Below, one piece after another: positions 1-11,518 of a stretch of 64,000 nt of DNA. Position numbers and translations under genes: made by a program. The notes under the pieces were generated by a model. It searched no databases and was not told the DNA's origin. It worked only from the letters and a program-made list of their open reading frames with translations. Location of the stretch: positions 71,511 through 135,510 of the forward strand of contig JAXHLT010000004.1 of assembly GCA_034521955.1 (NCBI GenBank). Reading direction: 5' to 3'. The stretch comes from Halanaerobiales bacterium (GTDB lineage Bacteria; Bacillota; Halanaerobiia; Halanaerobiales; M55B127). How positions within the stretch are numbered: position 1 is the first letter of the stretch; each line of letters begins with the position of its first letter.

Positions 1-598
1 AGTAGTGACATCTTTTGATTTAAAAATTGGTAATTTAATAGATAGTAAGTTTAAACAGTTAGCACCACTTAAATTTACAAAAAGATTAATCAAGACATTA
101 CAGGAAAACAATGAAGGTTTAACTGCTAAGTCTGATAACTCTATGCAGTCCAGTATTTCAGCTGAAGTTGCTGAAAAAAGTACAAAAGAAGAAAAAGAAC
201 AAGAAGAACAAAAAGAAGAAAAAAAGGTAAAACAAACAACTGCAAAGTCAAGTTCTAATAAACAGTTAAAAAGTTCTGATAAGGTAGATGTACACGAAGC
301 TCAGTTTCCTGAATTTGGAGAAAAAGAAGGGCAGTCTTTACCACAGAACATGGAACTTCTAAAAGATGTTCCTTTAACAGTTACTGTTCGTTTGGGGAAA
401 TCAAAAATGACAATTAGTGAAGTATTAGATCTTGGTGAAGGCTCTATTATAGAGTTAGACAAGTTAGCTGGTGAATTAGTTGATCTTTATGTCAATGGAA
501 AATTAATTGCAAAAGGTGAAGTTGTTGTTATAGATGAAAGCTTTGGATTTAGAGTAAAAGATATTATAAGTCCTGCTGAACGTATTAGTGATATTTAA
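1..598 (+). CDS. fliY: Flagellar motor switch protein FliY/FliN, C-terminal part (5'-truncated by the window edge)
   Basis: SpoA/FliN domain ([14 protein letters not shown]...[37 protein letters not shown]) after a long linker; immediately upstream of fliO. Confidence 0.85.
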   Translation, partial: VVTSFDLKIGNLIDSKFKQLAPLKFTKRLIKTLQENNEGLTAKSDNSMQSSISAEVAEKSTKEEKEQEEQKEEKKVKQTTAKSSSNKQLKSSDKVDVHEAQFPEFGEKEGQSLPQNMELLKDVPLTVTVRLGKSKMTISEVLDLGEGSIIELDKLAGELVDLYVNGKLIAKGEVVVIDESFGFRVKDIISPAERISDI

Positions 599-624
599 AG
601 ACCTTATATATTAAGGAGACAAAA

Positions 625-984
625 ATGAACTACACTTTTGAAATACTAAAAATAGGTTTTTATCTAATATTAATTGTTGGAGTAATCTATTTTTTAGCAA
701 TGTTTATTAAAAAAAATATTACCAAAGTCCAGTCTGGAAGCCATCTAAAAGTGATTGATAGAATTTATATGGGGACTAAAATAGGTTTATTATTAGTTGA
801 AGTAAATGATGAAATAATACTGATTAGTCAGACCGAAAATTCTATTGAAAAGCTTGATAAGTGGAACAAAGATGATTTTGATATAGACTTTGATCAAATC
901 GATAATAATTCTTCAGATAATACAGAAAAGTTTAAAGAAATTTTTATGCAGTATTTAGGGAGGAACGATAGTGATTCAGAATAA
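625..984 (+). CDS. fliO: Flagellar biosynthesis protein FliO/FliZ
   Basis: N-terminal TM helix, LKVIDR..G...LLLVEV motif, position between fliY and fliP. Confidence 0.8.
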   Translation: MNYTFEILKIGFYLILIVGVIYFLAMFIKKNITKVQSGSHLKVIDRIYMGTKIGLLLVEVNDEIILISQTENSIEKLDKWNKDDFDIDFDQIDNNSSDNTEKFKEIFMQYLGRNDSDSE

Positions 985-1741
985 TAGATACCTACTTGCA
1001 TTAATATTGGTATTAATAGTAGTTTTTAGTTTTAGTATTAATATAAGTGCTCAGGAATTTAATATACCTGATATTAATTTAGATATATCCTCTCCCAATC
1101 AAGAAGGTGGAGGTAGTGACCTTGTTTTATCGTTAAGGATTTTAGCTTTGCTAACAGTGCTTTCATTAGCCCCAGCAATTGTTATAATGGTTACATCTTT
1201 TACACGGATTATTATAGTTTTTTCTATAATGAAACAGGCCCTATCAATTAGAAATATGCCACCGAATCAGGTTTTAATTGGACTTGCAATCTTTTTAACT
1301 ATTTTTATCATGGCACCGGTCTGGCAGGCTGTGAACACAGATGCTTTACAACCGTATTTAGACGAAGAAATTAATATTGACCAAGCATATGATAATACTG
1401 CAGAGCCATTAAGAGAATTCATGTTTGAACAGACTGATGAAAATTCATTAGCATTATTTGTTAATATGGCTGAGATGGAAAGACCGAATAATCAGGATGA
1501 TATACCACTTTATGTATTAGTTCCTGCATTTATTACAAATGAGATAAAAATTGCATTTCAAATTGGTTTTATGATTTACATACCGTTTTTGATGATAGAT
1601 ATGATTGTAGCAAGTATACTGATGTCAATGGGTATGATGATGTTACCACCGGTAATAATATCGTTACCGTTTAAAATATTACTGTTTGTATTAGTTGATG
1701 GATGGCATTTAATCATTAATTCATTAGTACAGACCTTTTAA
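971..1741 (+). CDS. fliP: Flagellar export gate protein FliP
   Basis: TSFTRIIIV, PPNQVL, MGMMMLPP, LPFKILLFVLVDGW motifs. Confidence 0.97.
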   Translation: MIQNNRYLLALILVLIVVFSFSINISAQEFNIPDINLDISSPNQEGGGSDLVLSLRILALLTVLSLAPAIVIMVTSFTRIIIVFSIMKQALSIRNMPPNQVLIGLAIFLTIFIMAPVWQAVNTDALQPYLDEEINIDQAYDNTAEPLREFMFEQTDENSLALFVNMAEMERPNNQDDIPLYVLVPAFITNEIKIAFQIGFMIYIPFLMIDMIVASILMSMGMMMLPPVIISLPFKILLFVLVDGWHLIINSLVQTF

Positions 1742-1755
1742 AGGAGAGAAAATAA

Positions 1756-2022
1756 GTGGAGCAAAGTATAGTTATTGATATTGGAAGAAGAGCATTATAT
1801 GTGGTTTTAACAGTGATTGCACCTGTTTTAGGAGCAGGTTTAATTACCGGATTATTTGTTGCAATTTTGCAGGCAACTACTCAAATACAGGAACAAACTT
1901 TAGCTTTTGTTCCAAAGATATTTGCAGTCTTAGCTTCAATAGCAGTCTTTGGACCCTGGATATTAAATACTGTCATTGATTTTGTAAATGAACTGTTTCA
2001 AAGTATCCCCTTATATATATGA
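1756..2022 (+). CDS. fliQ: Flagellar export protein FliQ
   Basis: QATTQIQEQTLAFVPK motif. Confidence 0.97.
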   Translation: MEQSIVIDIGRRALYVVLTVIAPVLGAGLITGLFVAILQATTQIQEQTLAFVPKIFAVLASIAVFGPWILNTVIDFVNELFQSIPLYI

Positions 2023-2036
2023 TAGGATGAATTTAA

Positions 2037-2825
2037 ATGGCTGAAGAGTTACTTATGACAGATTTAATATACTTATTCTTTTTAATAATGGCTCGTTATA
2101 TGGGATTGTTTTTAATAACACCTATATTTAGCAGTAGGATTATTCAAAACCGAGTAAAGATTATGTTATCTTTTTTGATGGCTGTAATAACATTTATGTT
2201 GATTTATCCAACTGCCTCAATAACTGCTCCAGCAACTGATTTGGGTATTATACTATATTTAATAAAAGAACTATCGGTTGGAGTTTTTATGGGCTTTGTA
2301 ATCTATATATTTTTCTCAGCTATTCAACTTGCCGGTCAGTTTATTGATTTAAGAATGGGTTTTAGAATTGGTAATGTTGTTGATCCCTTGAGTGGAGCAA
2401 CGTCACCAATTATCGGTCAGTTTCTTAATATATTTACTATACTTGTATTTTTCTCGCTTAACGGTCATTTGATAATAATAGGGAGTTTAAATAGATCCTT
2501 TGATATTATTCCATTAGGTCAGATTAATATATCAAACAATTTATGGCAGTTTCTTTTTCGAAGATCAGCAGACTTGTTTTTGATGGGTTTTAAAATAGCT
2601 CTTCCAATAATGGGTACACTGTTTATAGTTGATGTTTTATTAGGTTTTCTGGCAAGGGCAGTACCACAGATGAATATATTTATTGTCGGACTACCTTTAA
2701 AGATTTTTATCGGATTTGTATTACTTGTATTATCTTTTCAAATATTAATATATTTTTTCTCAGATATATTAAACAACAGTTTTAATGAAATTATTCATAT
2801 TATTAATCTGATTAGTCCGGGTTAA
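2037..2825 (+). CDS. fliR: Flagellar export protein FliR
   Basis: AGQFIDLRMG, RAVPQMNIF motifs; hydrophobic. Confidence 0.96.
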   Translation: MAEELLMTDLIYLFFLIMARYMGLFLITPIFSSRIIQNRVKIMLSFLMAVITFMLIYPTASITAPATDLGIILYLIKELSVGVFMGFVIYIFFSAIQLAGQFIDLRMGFRIGNVVDPLSGATSPIIGQFLNIFTILVFFSLNGHLIIIGSLNRSFDIIPLGQINISNNLWQFLFRRSADLFLMGFKIALPIMGTLFIVDVLLGFLARAVPQMNIFIVGLPLKIFIGFVLLVLSFQILIYFFSDILNNSFNEIIHIINLISPG

Positions 2826-2846
2826 CTTAATGGAGAGGAATAGAAA

Positions 2847-3911
2847 ATGGCAGATAATTCAACAGGTCAAAAAACTGAAGAACCAACACCGAAGCGGAAG
2901 CGGGAAGCAAGAGAAAAAGGTCAGGTTGCAAAAAGTCAGGAACTAAATCAAGCTTTTACACTTTTAAGCAGTTTCTTTGTACTCTATGTTTTGTTTTCCG
3001 GTATGCTAGAGTCGTTGATGAATAAGGTAACCCAGCTTTTAACATTTAGCAGTATTGAACCGATTACAAAGGCTGATGGTTATGAAATACTTATGGAAAG
3101 TATCTATTATGTAGCTTCTTTAGTTGCACCTGTAATGATAGCAGCTGCTGTTATGGGAATTATTATTAATTTCAGTCAGGTTGGTCCTTTGTTTACAGGA
3201 GAAAGTATGAAACCCAAAGTAGAAAACATAGATATAATAAAAGGGTTTAAAAAAATATTTTCTCTAAAAAGCTTTGTAGAAATGATAAAGGCAGTACTGA
3301 AAATAATAATAATCTCTGTAATATCATATATTTTCATTAAAAATTCTATTATGGAATTAGTTTCTATGACAGAGATGGGTCTTAATGCCTCATTAGTTTT
3401 GATAGGACAGACAATCTTTAAAACAGCAATAGCTATTATAATCTTTTTAGTTACTGTTGGGATTTTCGACTTTGCCTATCAAAAATGGGAACATAAAAAG
3501 AGTCTTAAAATGACTAAATATGAGGTAAAACAGGAAAGAAAAGAAATGGAAGGTGACCCACAACTTAAACAGAAACGAAAAGAAAAGCAGCGTCAGATGA
3601 GTTTAAACAGAATGATGTCTGCAGTAGAAGAAGCAGATGTAGTTGTTACTAACCCAACTCATATAGCAGTAGCACTTCAGTTTAATATAGAAGATATGGA
3701 AGCACCAAAGGTACTTGCAAAAGGAGAAGGCTATGTAGCATTAAAGATTAAAGAAAAAGCTAAAGAGCTTGATATAGAAATTGTTGAGAACAAACCACTT
3801 GCAAGGTCACTTAATAAGATATGTGAAATCGGGGACTTTATTCCTGAAGATCTTTATGAAGCGGTTGCTGAAATATTAGCTTATGTATACAAAAAAGAAA
3901 ACAGATATTAA
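2847..3911 (+). CDS. flhB: Flagellar export switch protein FlhB
   Basis: KTEEPTPKR N-terminus; NPTH autocleavage site. Confidence 0.97.
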   Translation: MADNSTGQKTEEPTPKRKREAREKGQVAKSQELNQAFTLLSSFFVLYVLFSGMLESLMNKVTQLLTFSSIEPITKADGYEILMESIYYVASLVAPVMIAAAVMGIIINFSQVGPLFTGESMKPKVENIDIIKGFKKIFSLKSFVEMIKAVLKIIIISVISYIFIKNSIMELVSMTEMGLNASLVLIGQTIFKTAIAIIIFLVTVGIFDFAYQKWEHKKSLKMTKYEVKQERKEMEGDPQLKQKRKEKQRQMSLNRMMSAVEEADVVVTNPTHIAVALQFNIEDMEAPKVLAKGEGYVALKIKEKAKELDIEIVENKPLARSLNKICEIGDFIPEDLYEAVAEILAYVYKKENRY

Positions 3912-3947
3912 AAATAAAGATATAGATTAGTTGGAGGTTTTAGTTAA

Positions 3948-6023
3948 ATGCCGTCAGTTTCGGGCAGTAGTACATTAAACAAAATATTTAATAATATAGA
4001 TGTATTATTTGCATTTGCAGTAGTCGGTATAGTAATAATGTTTATCATACCGATGCCAACCATACTTATGGACTTACTACTTACAGCAAATATCACATTT
4101 TCAATGTTAATAATACTGGTAAGTATTTATATAAATGAACCATTACAGGTTTCTGTATTTCCTTCATTACTACTTTTTGCAACATTGTTTAGACTGGGTC
4201 TTAATGTATCAACAACTCGTTTAATATTAGGACAAGGTTATGCTGGTGAAATCATAACAAGTTTTGGTAACTTTGTTGTTGGTGGTAACTATGTAGTTGG
4301 ATTTATTATCTTTTTAATCCTTGTAATTATCCAGTATGTAGTAATCACAAAAGGTGCAGAAAGAGTAGCAGAAGTTGCAGCCAGGTTTACCTTGGATGCA
4401 ATGCCTGGTAAACAGATGAGTATTGATGCAGACTTAAATGCGGGAATTATTGACGAATTTGAAGCACAAGAACAGAGAAAAAAGATTAGACAGGAAGCCG
4501 ACTTTTACGGTGCAATGGATGGTGCCAGTAAGTTTGTTAAAGGTGACGCAATTGCTGGTATAATCATTACTGTAATTAATATAATCGGTGGTTTAATAAT
4601 CGGTATGGCCCAGCAGGGACTAAGTTTTGGAGAAGCTGCTCAAACCTATACCTTACTAACAGTTGGTGATGGTTTGGTATCACAGATACCTGCTCTCTTA
4701 ATTTCAACAGCAACCGGTATGATTGTAACTAGAGCAGCATCAGAGAAAAATATGGGCCAGGAAGTATCAAGTCAGTTAATGAGTCAACCAAAAGCAATGT
4801 ATATTGCAAGTGTTGTACTATTTATTCTCGGATTAATGCCGGGACTTCCTACAGTACCATTTATAGTAATGGCCTTATTAATTGGTGGACTAGGTTTAAC
4901 TTTAAGAAGAACTGTAAAGGAAAGCACAGAAGAAATAGAAGAAAAACAAGAACCTACAAGACAGGAAGTTCAACAGGCTAAAGAAGCTGAGATTAAAAAT
5001 ATTATCAAAGTTGATCAACTTGAGGTTGAAGTGGGATATAATTTGATTTCATTTGTACTACCTGATCAAGGTGGGGACTTTCTTGATAGAGTTTCAATGA
5101 TTAGAAAACAAATGGCAATAGAGCTGGGAATAATAATACCTCCGGTTCGAATTCTTGATAATTTACAGCTTGAACCCAATATATATAGAATTAAGTTAAA
5201 AGGTGTAGAAATTAGCCGCTATAAGATATTGCCGGATCATTTTCTGGCAATGGATTCAGGGATGACAACAGAGGATATTGATGGTATCGATACAAAAGAA
5301 CCAGCTTTTGGAACACCTGCAATTTGGATAGATGAAAGTAAAAAAGAAAAAGCAGAACTTGCTAACTATACAATTGTAGATCCTCCTTCAGTTATGGCAA
5401 CACATCTAACTGAGGTAATTAAAGAACATGCACATGAACTTCTAGGAAGACAAGAGGTCAAAGAGTTAATCGATAACATAAAAGATGAGAATTCTGCTGT
5501 TGTTGATGAACTATTACCTGATCTATTATCCTTAGGAGAAATTCAAAAAGTGTTACAGAACTTACTTTGGGAAAATATACCGATAAATAATTTAGTAACT
5601 ATCTTAGAAACTCTTGCTGATTTTGCTACTTCAACTAAAAATATTGATCTCTTAACTGAGTATGTAAGACAGGGTTTATCAAGACAGATTACAAATCAGT
5701 ATACAAATGATGATAATGAACTATATACAATAACTTTAGATCCACAGTTAGAAGAAAGTTTAGGTCAAAATGTTGAACAGTCTGATCAAGGCAACTATCT
5801 TGCTGTTGAACCACAACAGGCACAACAGTTAATAGAAAATATATCACAAGAAGCTCAAAAACTACTACAACAGGGGAAAGATCCGATCTTAGTTACTTCC
5901 CCAATGATAAGAAGACCGCTAAAAGAATTAACGAGCAGATCATTTTCACAGTTAATAGTTTTATCTTTTAGCGAACTTTCACCTGATGTAAATTTACAAG
6001 TATTAGGGACGGTGAGTAACTAA
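3948..6023 (+). CDS. flhA: Flagellar export protein FlhA
   Basis: FHIPEP motif RVAEVAARFTLDAMPGKQMSIDADL. Confidence 0.98.
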   Translation: MPSVSGSSTLNKIFNNIDVLFAFAVVGIVIMFIIPMPTILMDLLLTANITFSMLIILVSIYINEPLQVSVFPSLLLFATLFRLGLNVSTTRLILGQGYAGEIITSFGNFVVGGNYVVGFIIFLILVIIQYVVITKGAERVAEVAARFTLDAMPGKQMSIDADLNAGIIDEFEAQEQRKKIRQEADFYGAMDGASKFVKGDAIAGIIITVINIIGGLIIGMAQQGLSFGEAAQTYTLLTVGDGLVSQIPALLISTATGMIVTRAASEKNMGQEVSSQLMSQPKAMYIASVVLFILGLMPGLPTVPFIVMALLIGGLGLTLRRTVKESTEEIEEKQEPTRQEVQQAKEAEIKNIIKVDQLEVEVGYNLISFVLPDQGGDFLDRVSMIRKQMAIELGIIIPPVRILDNLQLEPNIYRIKLKGVEISRYKILPDHFLAMDSGMTTEDIDGIDTKEPAFGTPAIWIDESKKEKAELANYTIVDPPSVMATHLTEVIKEHAHELLGRQEVKELIDNIKDENSAVVDELLPDLLSLGEIQKVLQNLLWENIPINNLVTILETLADFATSTKNIDLLTEYVRQGLSRQITNQYTNDDNELYTITLDPQLEESLGQNVEQSDQGNYLAVEPQQAQQLIENISQEAQKLLQQGKDPILVTSPMIRRPLKELTSRSFSQLIVLSFSELSPDVNLQVLGTVSN

Positions 6024-7076
6024 ATGAAAGTCAAAAAATATGTTGGTGACAATATCCAGGATATAATATTTAGAGTAAAAGTTGACTTAGGAACTGAAGC
6101 AATAATATTGGACACAAGGAAGTTTAAAGAAGGTGGTTTTTTAGGTTTTTTCGCCAAAGAAAAGGTGGAAGTGTTAGCCGGTCTGGAAGATAATAATCCA
6201 CAAGAAGATAAAACAAAAAAGGAAATAGATAATCTTAAAGATATGATACAAGATCTGAATAATAATGTTAATCAAAATGTAACAAATTCAAATATTCCAA
6301 AAGTCTTAAAGAACTTTCAAAGACATTTAAAAAAACACAATGTTAAAGATGAATATATTGTAGAGATATTAAATGATATAAATACTGATGAAAAACTTGA
6401 TAAATCAAACTTGAAAGTAAAAGTTAAAAATTACTTAATCGATATGATAGGTAAACCGGAATTAATCGAGACAACAAACAAACCCAAAACAATTACATTT
6501 ATCGGTCCAACTGGAATTGGTAAAACAACCACAATTGCTAAAATTGCAGCTGAATTTGCAATAAAGAAGGAAAAGAAGGTATGTTTAATAACTGCTGATA
6601 CATATCGTATAGCAGCTGTTCAACAGCTAAGGACATACAGTGATATCATAAATATTCCACTTAAAGTAGTTTATGATGGTAGTGAATTTATCAAAGCAGT
6701 TGAAGAATTTAAAAAGGAAGCTGATTTAATATTAGTAGATACTCCTGGACGTAATTGGAAGAACAAATGGGAATTAGGACAGTTAAATGAATTTGCGAAA
6801 CAAAATATTGTAGATGAAATACATTTGATGTTAAGTTTAAATATGGATAGTAAAGATTTAAATTATGCAGTGAAGAACTTCAACAATTTAAATCCTGATA
6901 AGTTTATCTTAACAAAATTAGATGAGACTTCATCATATGGAGATATTATTAACTTAAAACAGGAATATGATATACCATTTTCATATATAACATTTGGTCA
7001 GGATGTTCCTGAAGATATTGATAAAGCAGACCCTGAAATACTATATAACTACTTAATGGGGGATTTTGATGAATAA
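6024..7076 (+). CDS. flhF: SRP-family GTPase FlhF
   Basis: GPTGIGKTTT, DTYRIAA, DTPG, TKLDET, GQDVPEDI motifs. Confidence 0.95.
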   Translation: MKVKKYVGDNIQDIIFRVKVDLGTEAIILDTRKFKEGGFLGFFAKEKVEVLAGLEDNNPQEDKTKKEIDNLKDMIQDLNNNVNQNVTNSNIPKVLKNFQRHLKKHNVKDEYIVEILNDINTDEKLDKSNLKVKVKNYLIDMIGKPELIETTNKPKTITFIGPTGIGKTTTIAKIAAEFAIKKEKKVCLITADTYRIAAVQQLRTYSDIINIPLKVVYDGSEFIKAVEEFKKEADLILVDTPGRNWKNKWELGQLNEFAKQNIVDEIHLMLSLNMDSKDLNYAVKNFNNLNPDKFILTKLDETSSYGDIINLKQEYDIPFSYITFGQDVPEDIDKADPEILYNYLMGDFDE

Positions 7077-7968
7077 CCAGGCTTCCAAGCTCAAAGAATT
7101 TATGGCAGACAATGATATAAAAGATATTGACAATAAAAGCAATGACAGTACTAAAAAGAAAAGCAGAATTATTGCTGTAGCAAGTGGTAAAGGAGGGGTA
7201 GGTAAATCAACCTTAACTGTTAATCTTGCATTAGCAATCCAAGAACTAGAAAATGATGTATTTTTAATTGATAGTGATATTGGGATGGCTAATATAGATG
7301 TACTACTTGGACTTAAATCTCAGTATGATTTAAACCATGTTCTAAATGGACAGTGTACTTTAAAAGAAGCTGTTGAAACAGGACCTTATGGATTAAATGT
7401 TCTTTCCGGGATTTCTGGAATAGACGATATTATAAATATAAGTAATGAAAACATAAAAAAACTTCTTAACGGAGTAGCTGAAATTGAAGATGATTATGAT
7501 GTAATTCTATTAGATACAGGGGCAGGAGCAAGTCAGACTGTAATTAACTTTGCTACTGCAGCAGATGAAATAATTATTGTATTGACTCCTGAACCAACAT
7601 CAATTATGGATTCATATAGTTTAATTAAATTACTTAGCAGTAAGAACTATCAGGGGAAATTACACTTAGTAGTCAATAGAGTTGATTCCCAAAAAGAAGC
7701 AGACAGTATTATAAATAGATTTTTAACTACAGCCCGCAAATATCTAAACTTAGATATAGAGTTATTAGGTATAATACCAAATGATACACATATCTCTAAA
7801 TCTGTTAAAAAACAGCATCCGGTATTTAAACTTTATCCCAATCTAAAAGTAAATGATAAATTTATGGAAATAGCTTCTAACCTCTTAGGTAAAGAACTTG
7901 ATTTACCAAGTAGAGGTATCAAGAACTTTTTCTATAAACTTATAGGTCAGATATCCCCGGGGAGGTAA
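7066..7968 (+). CDS. flhG: MinD-like ATPase FlhG/FleN
   Basis: SGKGGVGKS, DTGAG, TPEPTS motifs; follows flhF. Confidence 0.93.
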   Translation: MMNNQASKLKEFMADNDIKDIDNKSNDSTKKKSRIIAVASGKGGVGKSTLTVNLALAIQELENDVFLIDSDIGMANIDVLLGLKSQYDLNHVLNGQCTLKEAVETGPYGLNVLSGISGIDDIINISNENIKKLLNGVAEIEDDYDVILLDTGAGASQTVINFATAADEIIIVLTPEPTSIMDSYSLIKLLSSKNYQGKLHLVVNRVDSQKEADSIINRFLTTARKYLNLDIELLGIIPNDTHISKSVKKQHPVFKLYPNLKVNDKFMEIASNLLGKELDLPSRGIKNFFYKLIGQISPGR

Positions 7969-7973
7969 ATCAA

Positions 7974-8633
7974 ATGACCAATCCAGACAAACTTTTAAGT
8001 ATAAATCAAAATATTGAACTAGTAGTCAAAGAGGGTCAATTTGAGGGAAGTTATAATTCTAAAGTTGCTGATATTCTAGATGATCAAATATTAATAATGG
8101 CTGTATATAAAAGAGAAGAATTAATTCCTTTAAGAAAGGAAACAAAAGTAGATGTACTTTATGAAGGAGATACAGCATTTTACTCTCTTACATCAGAAAT
8201 TACAGGCAGAAAAAAAGAACCTCTTCCGATGTTAAGTATTAAATTAACTGACAATATTGAGAGAATACAGAGAAGAAGTTTTTTTAGGGTACAGATTAAT
8301 AAAAAGATTCAATACATATCATTAAAAGAACAACGCAAAAAAGAAATTCAACCTGAATTTAAGGAAACCACAGCTATAGATTTAAGTGGTGGAGGCCTTT
8401 TAATGGTTTTAAAAGATGAACTCAAAGTTAATGATAGACTATTATTTAAATTAGATATTGAAGATTTAGATAAGTTAGTTGAAGGTAAAATAGTTAGGAT
8501 AAAGTATAATAAAGATGGATATAGTAAAACAGCCGGGATTGAGTTTGTTGATATTAATAGAAAAGATCGAGATACAATAATATCACATTTATTTAACTAC
8601 CAGAGAAAACTTCGAAGGCGTGGCATGATATAG
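7974..8633 (+). CDS. c-di-GMP-binding flagellar brake protein (YcgR_N + PilZ)
   Basis: PilZ motifs QRRSFFR and DLSGGG. Confidence 0.9.
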   Translation: MTNPDKLLSINQNIELVVKEGQFEGSYNSKVADILDDQILIMAVYKREELIPLRKETKVDVLYEGDTAFYSLTSEITGRKKEPLPMLSIKLTDNIERIQRRSFFRVQINKKIQYISLKEQRKKEIQPEFKETTAIDLSGGGLLMVLKDELKVNDRLLFKLDIEDLDKLVEGKIVRIKYNKDGYSKTAGIEFVDINRKDRDTIISHLFNYQRKLRRRGMI

Positions 8634-9047
8634 ATGAAGTTGAAATTAATTGGTTCATTGTTTGTAGCACTCATCTTTTATTTAATTACTATACTTATCA
8701 AATTATTTCAATTTAACCCTTTACCAGAGGTTTTTAGGTCAGGTTTAAAAATTTCTATTACAGCTTTTGTATTTACATTAGTATTAAGCTTTGTATTAGA
8801 ATTTTTTGAAGATGATAGTAAAGAAGAGATAGTTAATAATAAAGGAAATAAAAAACAAGAAGGTAAACAACCGAAAGGTAAAGTAAGTGAAAAATATAAA
8901 ACTAATGATAAAAACAGTTCTAAGCAAAGTACAAGGAATAATCAAAGTAGTGAAAATAATATAGATAACAACAGTAATGTAAATAAAAAAAGGGAAGAAG
9001 AGTTTAATCAAATAAAACCACCTGTAATTGAGTATGAAGAAAAATAA
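8634..9047 (+). CDS. Hypothetical membrane protein (2 TM helices plus low-complexity tail)
   Basis: ORF abutting the brake gene inside the operon. Confidence 0.7.
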   Translation: MKLKLIGSLFVALIFYLITILIKLFQFNPLPEVFRSGLKISITAFVFTLVLSFVLEFFEDDSKEEIVNNKGNKKQEGKQPKGKVSEKYKTNDKNSSKQSTRNNQSSENNIDNNSNVNKKREEEFNQIKPPVIEYEEK

Positions 9048-9073
9048 TTAATTTTAAATGAGGTAGGTAGTTA

Positions 9074-9823
9074 ATGCTATCAAATAGAAAACTATGGCAG
9101 CGTTACAAAAATAAAAATGATCAAGAAGCTCGTAATCAGCTGATATTAGAATACTTAGACCTTGTAAAATATCAGGCTGGAAGAGTAAAAACTCAATTAC
9201 CAGATAGAATTGAACTTGAGGATCTAGAAAGTTATGGAGTAATTGGGTTAATTGACGCTATTGAAAAGTTTGAACCAGAACGCGGCTATAAGTTTAACAG
9301 TTATGCCCAAAAAAGAATTAAAGGTGAAATCATTGATCAATTACGTAAATTAGACTGGTTACCCCATTCCATAAGACAGAAGGCAAAAGTAATAAAAAGT
9401 GTAAGTCAAGAATTAGAAAACAAATTAAAAAGAAAACCAACAGTTGATGAAATTACTGAAAAAGTTGATTTTTCAAAAAGTGAAATTAAAAAAGTACTAA
9501 AAAAATTAGAAGAATCACAGTGGGTATCAATCTATTCAGAATTAAACGGAAGATCATTAATTGATTGGCTGCCAAGCAGTAAATCTGATAAACCAGAAAG
9601 AGTTTTAGACAAAAAACATGCTACCAATGTATTAAAAAATGCAATAGAGAATTTAAATGAAAGACAAAAATTAGTGGTTTCACTTATCTATTACGAAGAG
9701 TTAACCCAAAAAGAAATTGCAGAAATAATGGATCTATCACCTGCTAGAATATCTCAAATTCATAAAAAATCAGTATACAGATTAAGAGGATACTTATCAA
9801 GGAAAAAGCAGGATTTTAAATAA
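9074..9823 (+). CDS. fliA: RNA polymerase sigma-28 factor (FliA/SigD/WhiG family)
   Basis: DLESYGVIGLIDAIEKF, RIKGEIIDQLRKLDW, region-4 HTH (LTQKEIAEIMDLSPARISQIH). Confidence 0.95.
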   Translation: MLSNRKLWQRYKNKNDQEARNQLILEYLDLVKYQAGRVKTQLPDRIELEDLESYGVIGLIDAIEKFEPERGYKFNSYAQKRIKGEIIDQLRKLDWLPHSIRQKAKVIKSVSQELENKLKRKPTVDEITEKVDFSKSEIKKVLKKLEESQWVSIYSELNGRSLIDWLPSSKSDKPERVLDKKHATNVLKNAIENLNERQKLVVSLIYYEELTQKEIAEIMDLSPARISQIHKKSVYRLRGYLSRKKQDFK

Positions 9824-9845
9824 TTAACGGAAGGGTGACTTATAT

Positions 9846-11506
9846 TTGGAATCTTTAGTTATCAAGGCCTCAGACAAAAAAGAAGCAGCTCAAAAAGCTT
9901 TGAAACAGTTATCTGATCACAAGGACTTAACAGTAAATGATTTATTAGTTGAAGAAGAAAAAAATGTATTTTCAATGCTTAAAAGCAAAAACAAGTATAG
10001 GGTAAGTATTCAAAAACAAAAGAAATTAAATATTAATTTATTAAAAGATGTATTTGAGTTAAATAAGTTGTTAAATTTAGAGTATTACTAAAGTAGTTAA
10101 GTTCGATTTTAGTAATTATGAAGAAAGAATTGATGCTGAACTACATATTAAAAAATCAGATGATAAAATGAAGGCTTATGTTGATTATATTCCTGCTCAG
10201 GGATGTGGAACTGATTTTGATGCTCAAAAACTAATTAATAAACTAAAAGAAAAAAATGTGGTTTATGGAATTAAAAAAGATAGTATAAATCAAATAATAA
10301 ACAGTAATGAGGTAATTGAAGATCTTCTTATTGCAGAAGGTAAAGAACCCAAACCCGGAACTGATGGAGAATTAATTTTTCATTTTGAACATGAAAGTAA
10401 ACATGTTGGTTCATTTAGGGAAGATGGAAGTATGGATTTTCACGATTTAGATATTGTAAACAATGTAAATGAAGGAGAAAAACTTGTATCTAAAAAAGAG
10501 GCAGTTTTTGGTGAAGTTGGTAAAAATATTGCAGGTGCTGAAATTAGTCCAAAAGAACCAAAGGATCCTTCTCTTCCAAAAGGTGAAAACACAAAGATAA
10601 ATGAAAACGATGAATTAGTTTCAACAGCAGTTGGACATGTTTCATATATAAATGAAAAAGTTAGTGTACAAAAAGTATATAAAGTTAAAGGTGATGTAGA
10701 TTTTAAAACAGGGAACATTGATTTTGTAGGAAATGTATTCATCGAAGGTAATGTAACAGAAGGTTTTGAAGTTAAAGCAAAAGGAGAAATACATGTTAGA
10801 GGTAATGTTGAAGCATCTCATCTTTTAAGTGAAGGTGATATAATAATCAATAAAAATTTTATTGGCAAAAGTAAAGGTGAAGATTGAATGTGGTGGTGAT
10901 CTTAAAGCAAAGTCTATTCAAAACGGTATAGTATCCTGTAAAGGAGATATTTACATAAAAGATGCTATAATGCACAGCAAAATCCATGCTGCAGGTAAAG
11001 TATCACTTACAGGGCACAAAGGATTAGTTGTTGGTGGAGAGGTAAGGGCTACCAAAGAGATAAATGCTAATATAATAGGTTCAAGTCTGGCCACAAAAAC
11101 AATTGTATCTGCTGGTTTAGATCCTGAGACAAGAGATAAACACCATAATGTACAAGAAGAACTTACAGAAAGTAAGTCTAATCTTGAAAAAACAGAAAAA
11201 GGCATTAAAATACTTGGTCAAATAAAAGAACAAAGTGGTAGTTTACCGAAAGAAAAAGCTCAAATGTTAAAAAGATTAGTTAGTACTAGAGAAGATTTAG
11301 TAGGAAAAATAGATAAAAATGAAAAATTATTTAAAGAACTTTCTGAAAAGATAGCAAGTGCAGTCGATGGAAAAGTTGTAGCAAAAAGAAAAGTATATCC
11401 GGGAGTAAAGATTCAGATTGGTAACTATTATCATGAAGTTGATGAAACACATACCAGAACTGTTTTTAAGGTTAAAGAAGGAGAGTTGTGTAGATTTGGA
11501 CTTTAA
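9846..11506 (+). CDS. fapA: FapA (DUF342) flagellar assembly protein with a Jag-like N-terminal domain, split by two single-base frameshifts (~10080, ~10880)
   Basis: Three ORFs 9846-10091, 10168-10887 and 10862-11506 join into one protein; GDVDFKTGNIDFVGNVFIEGNV and GLVVGG motifs; the frame is open 10081-10168. Confidence 0.8.
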
Positions 11507-11518
11507 AGGAGGGGTTTT

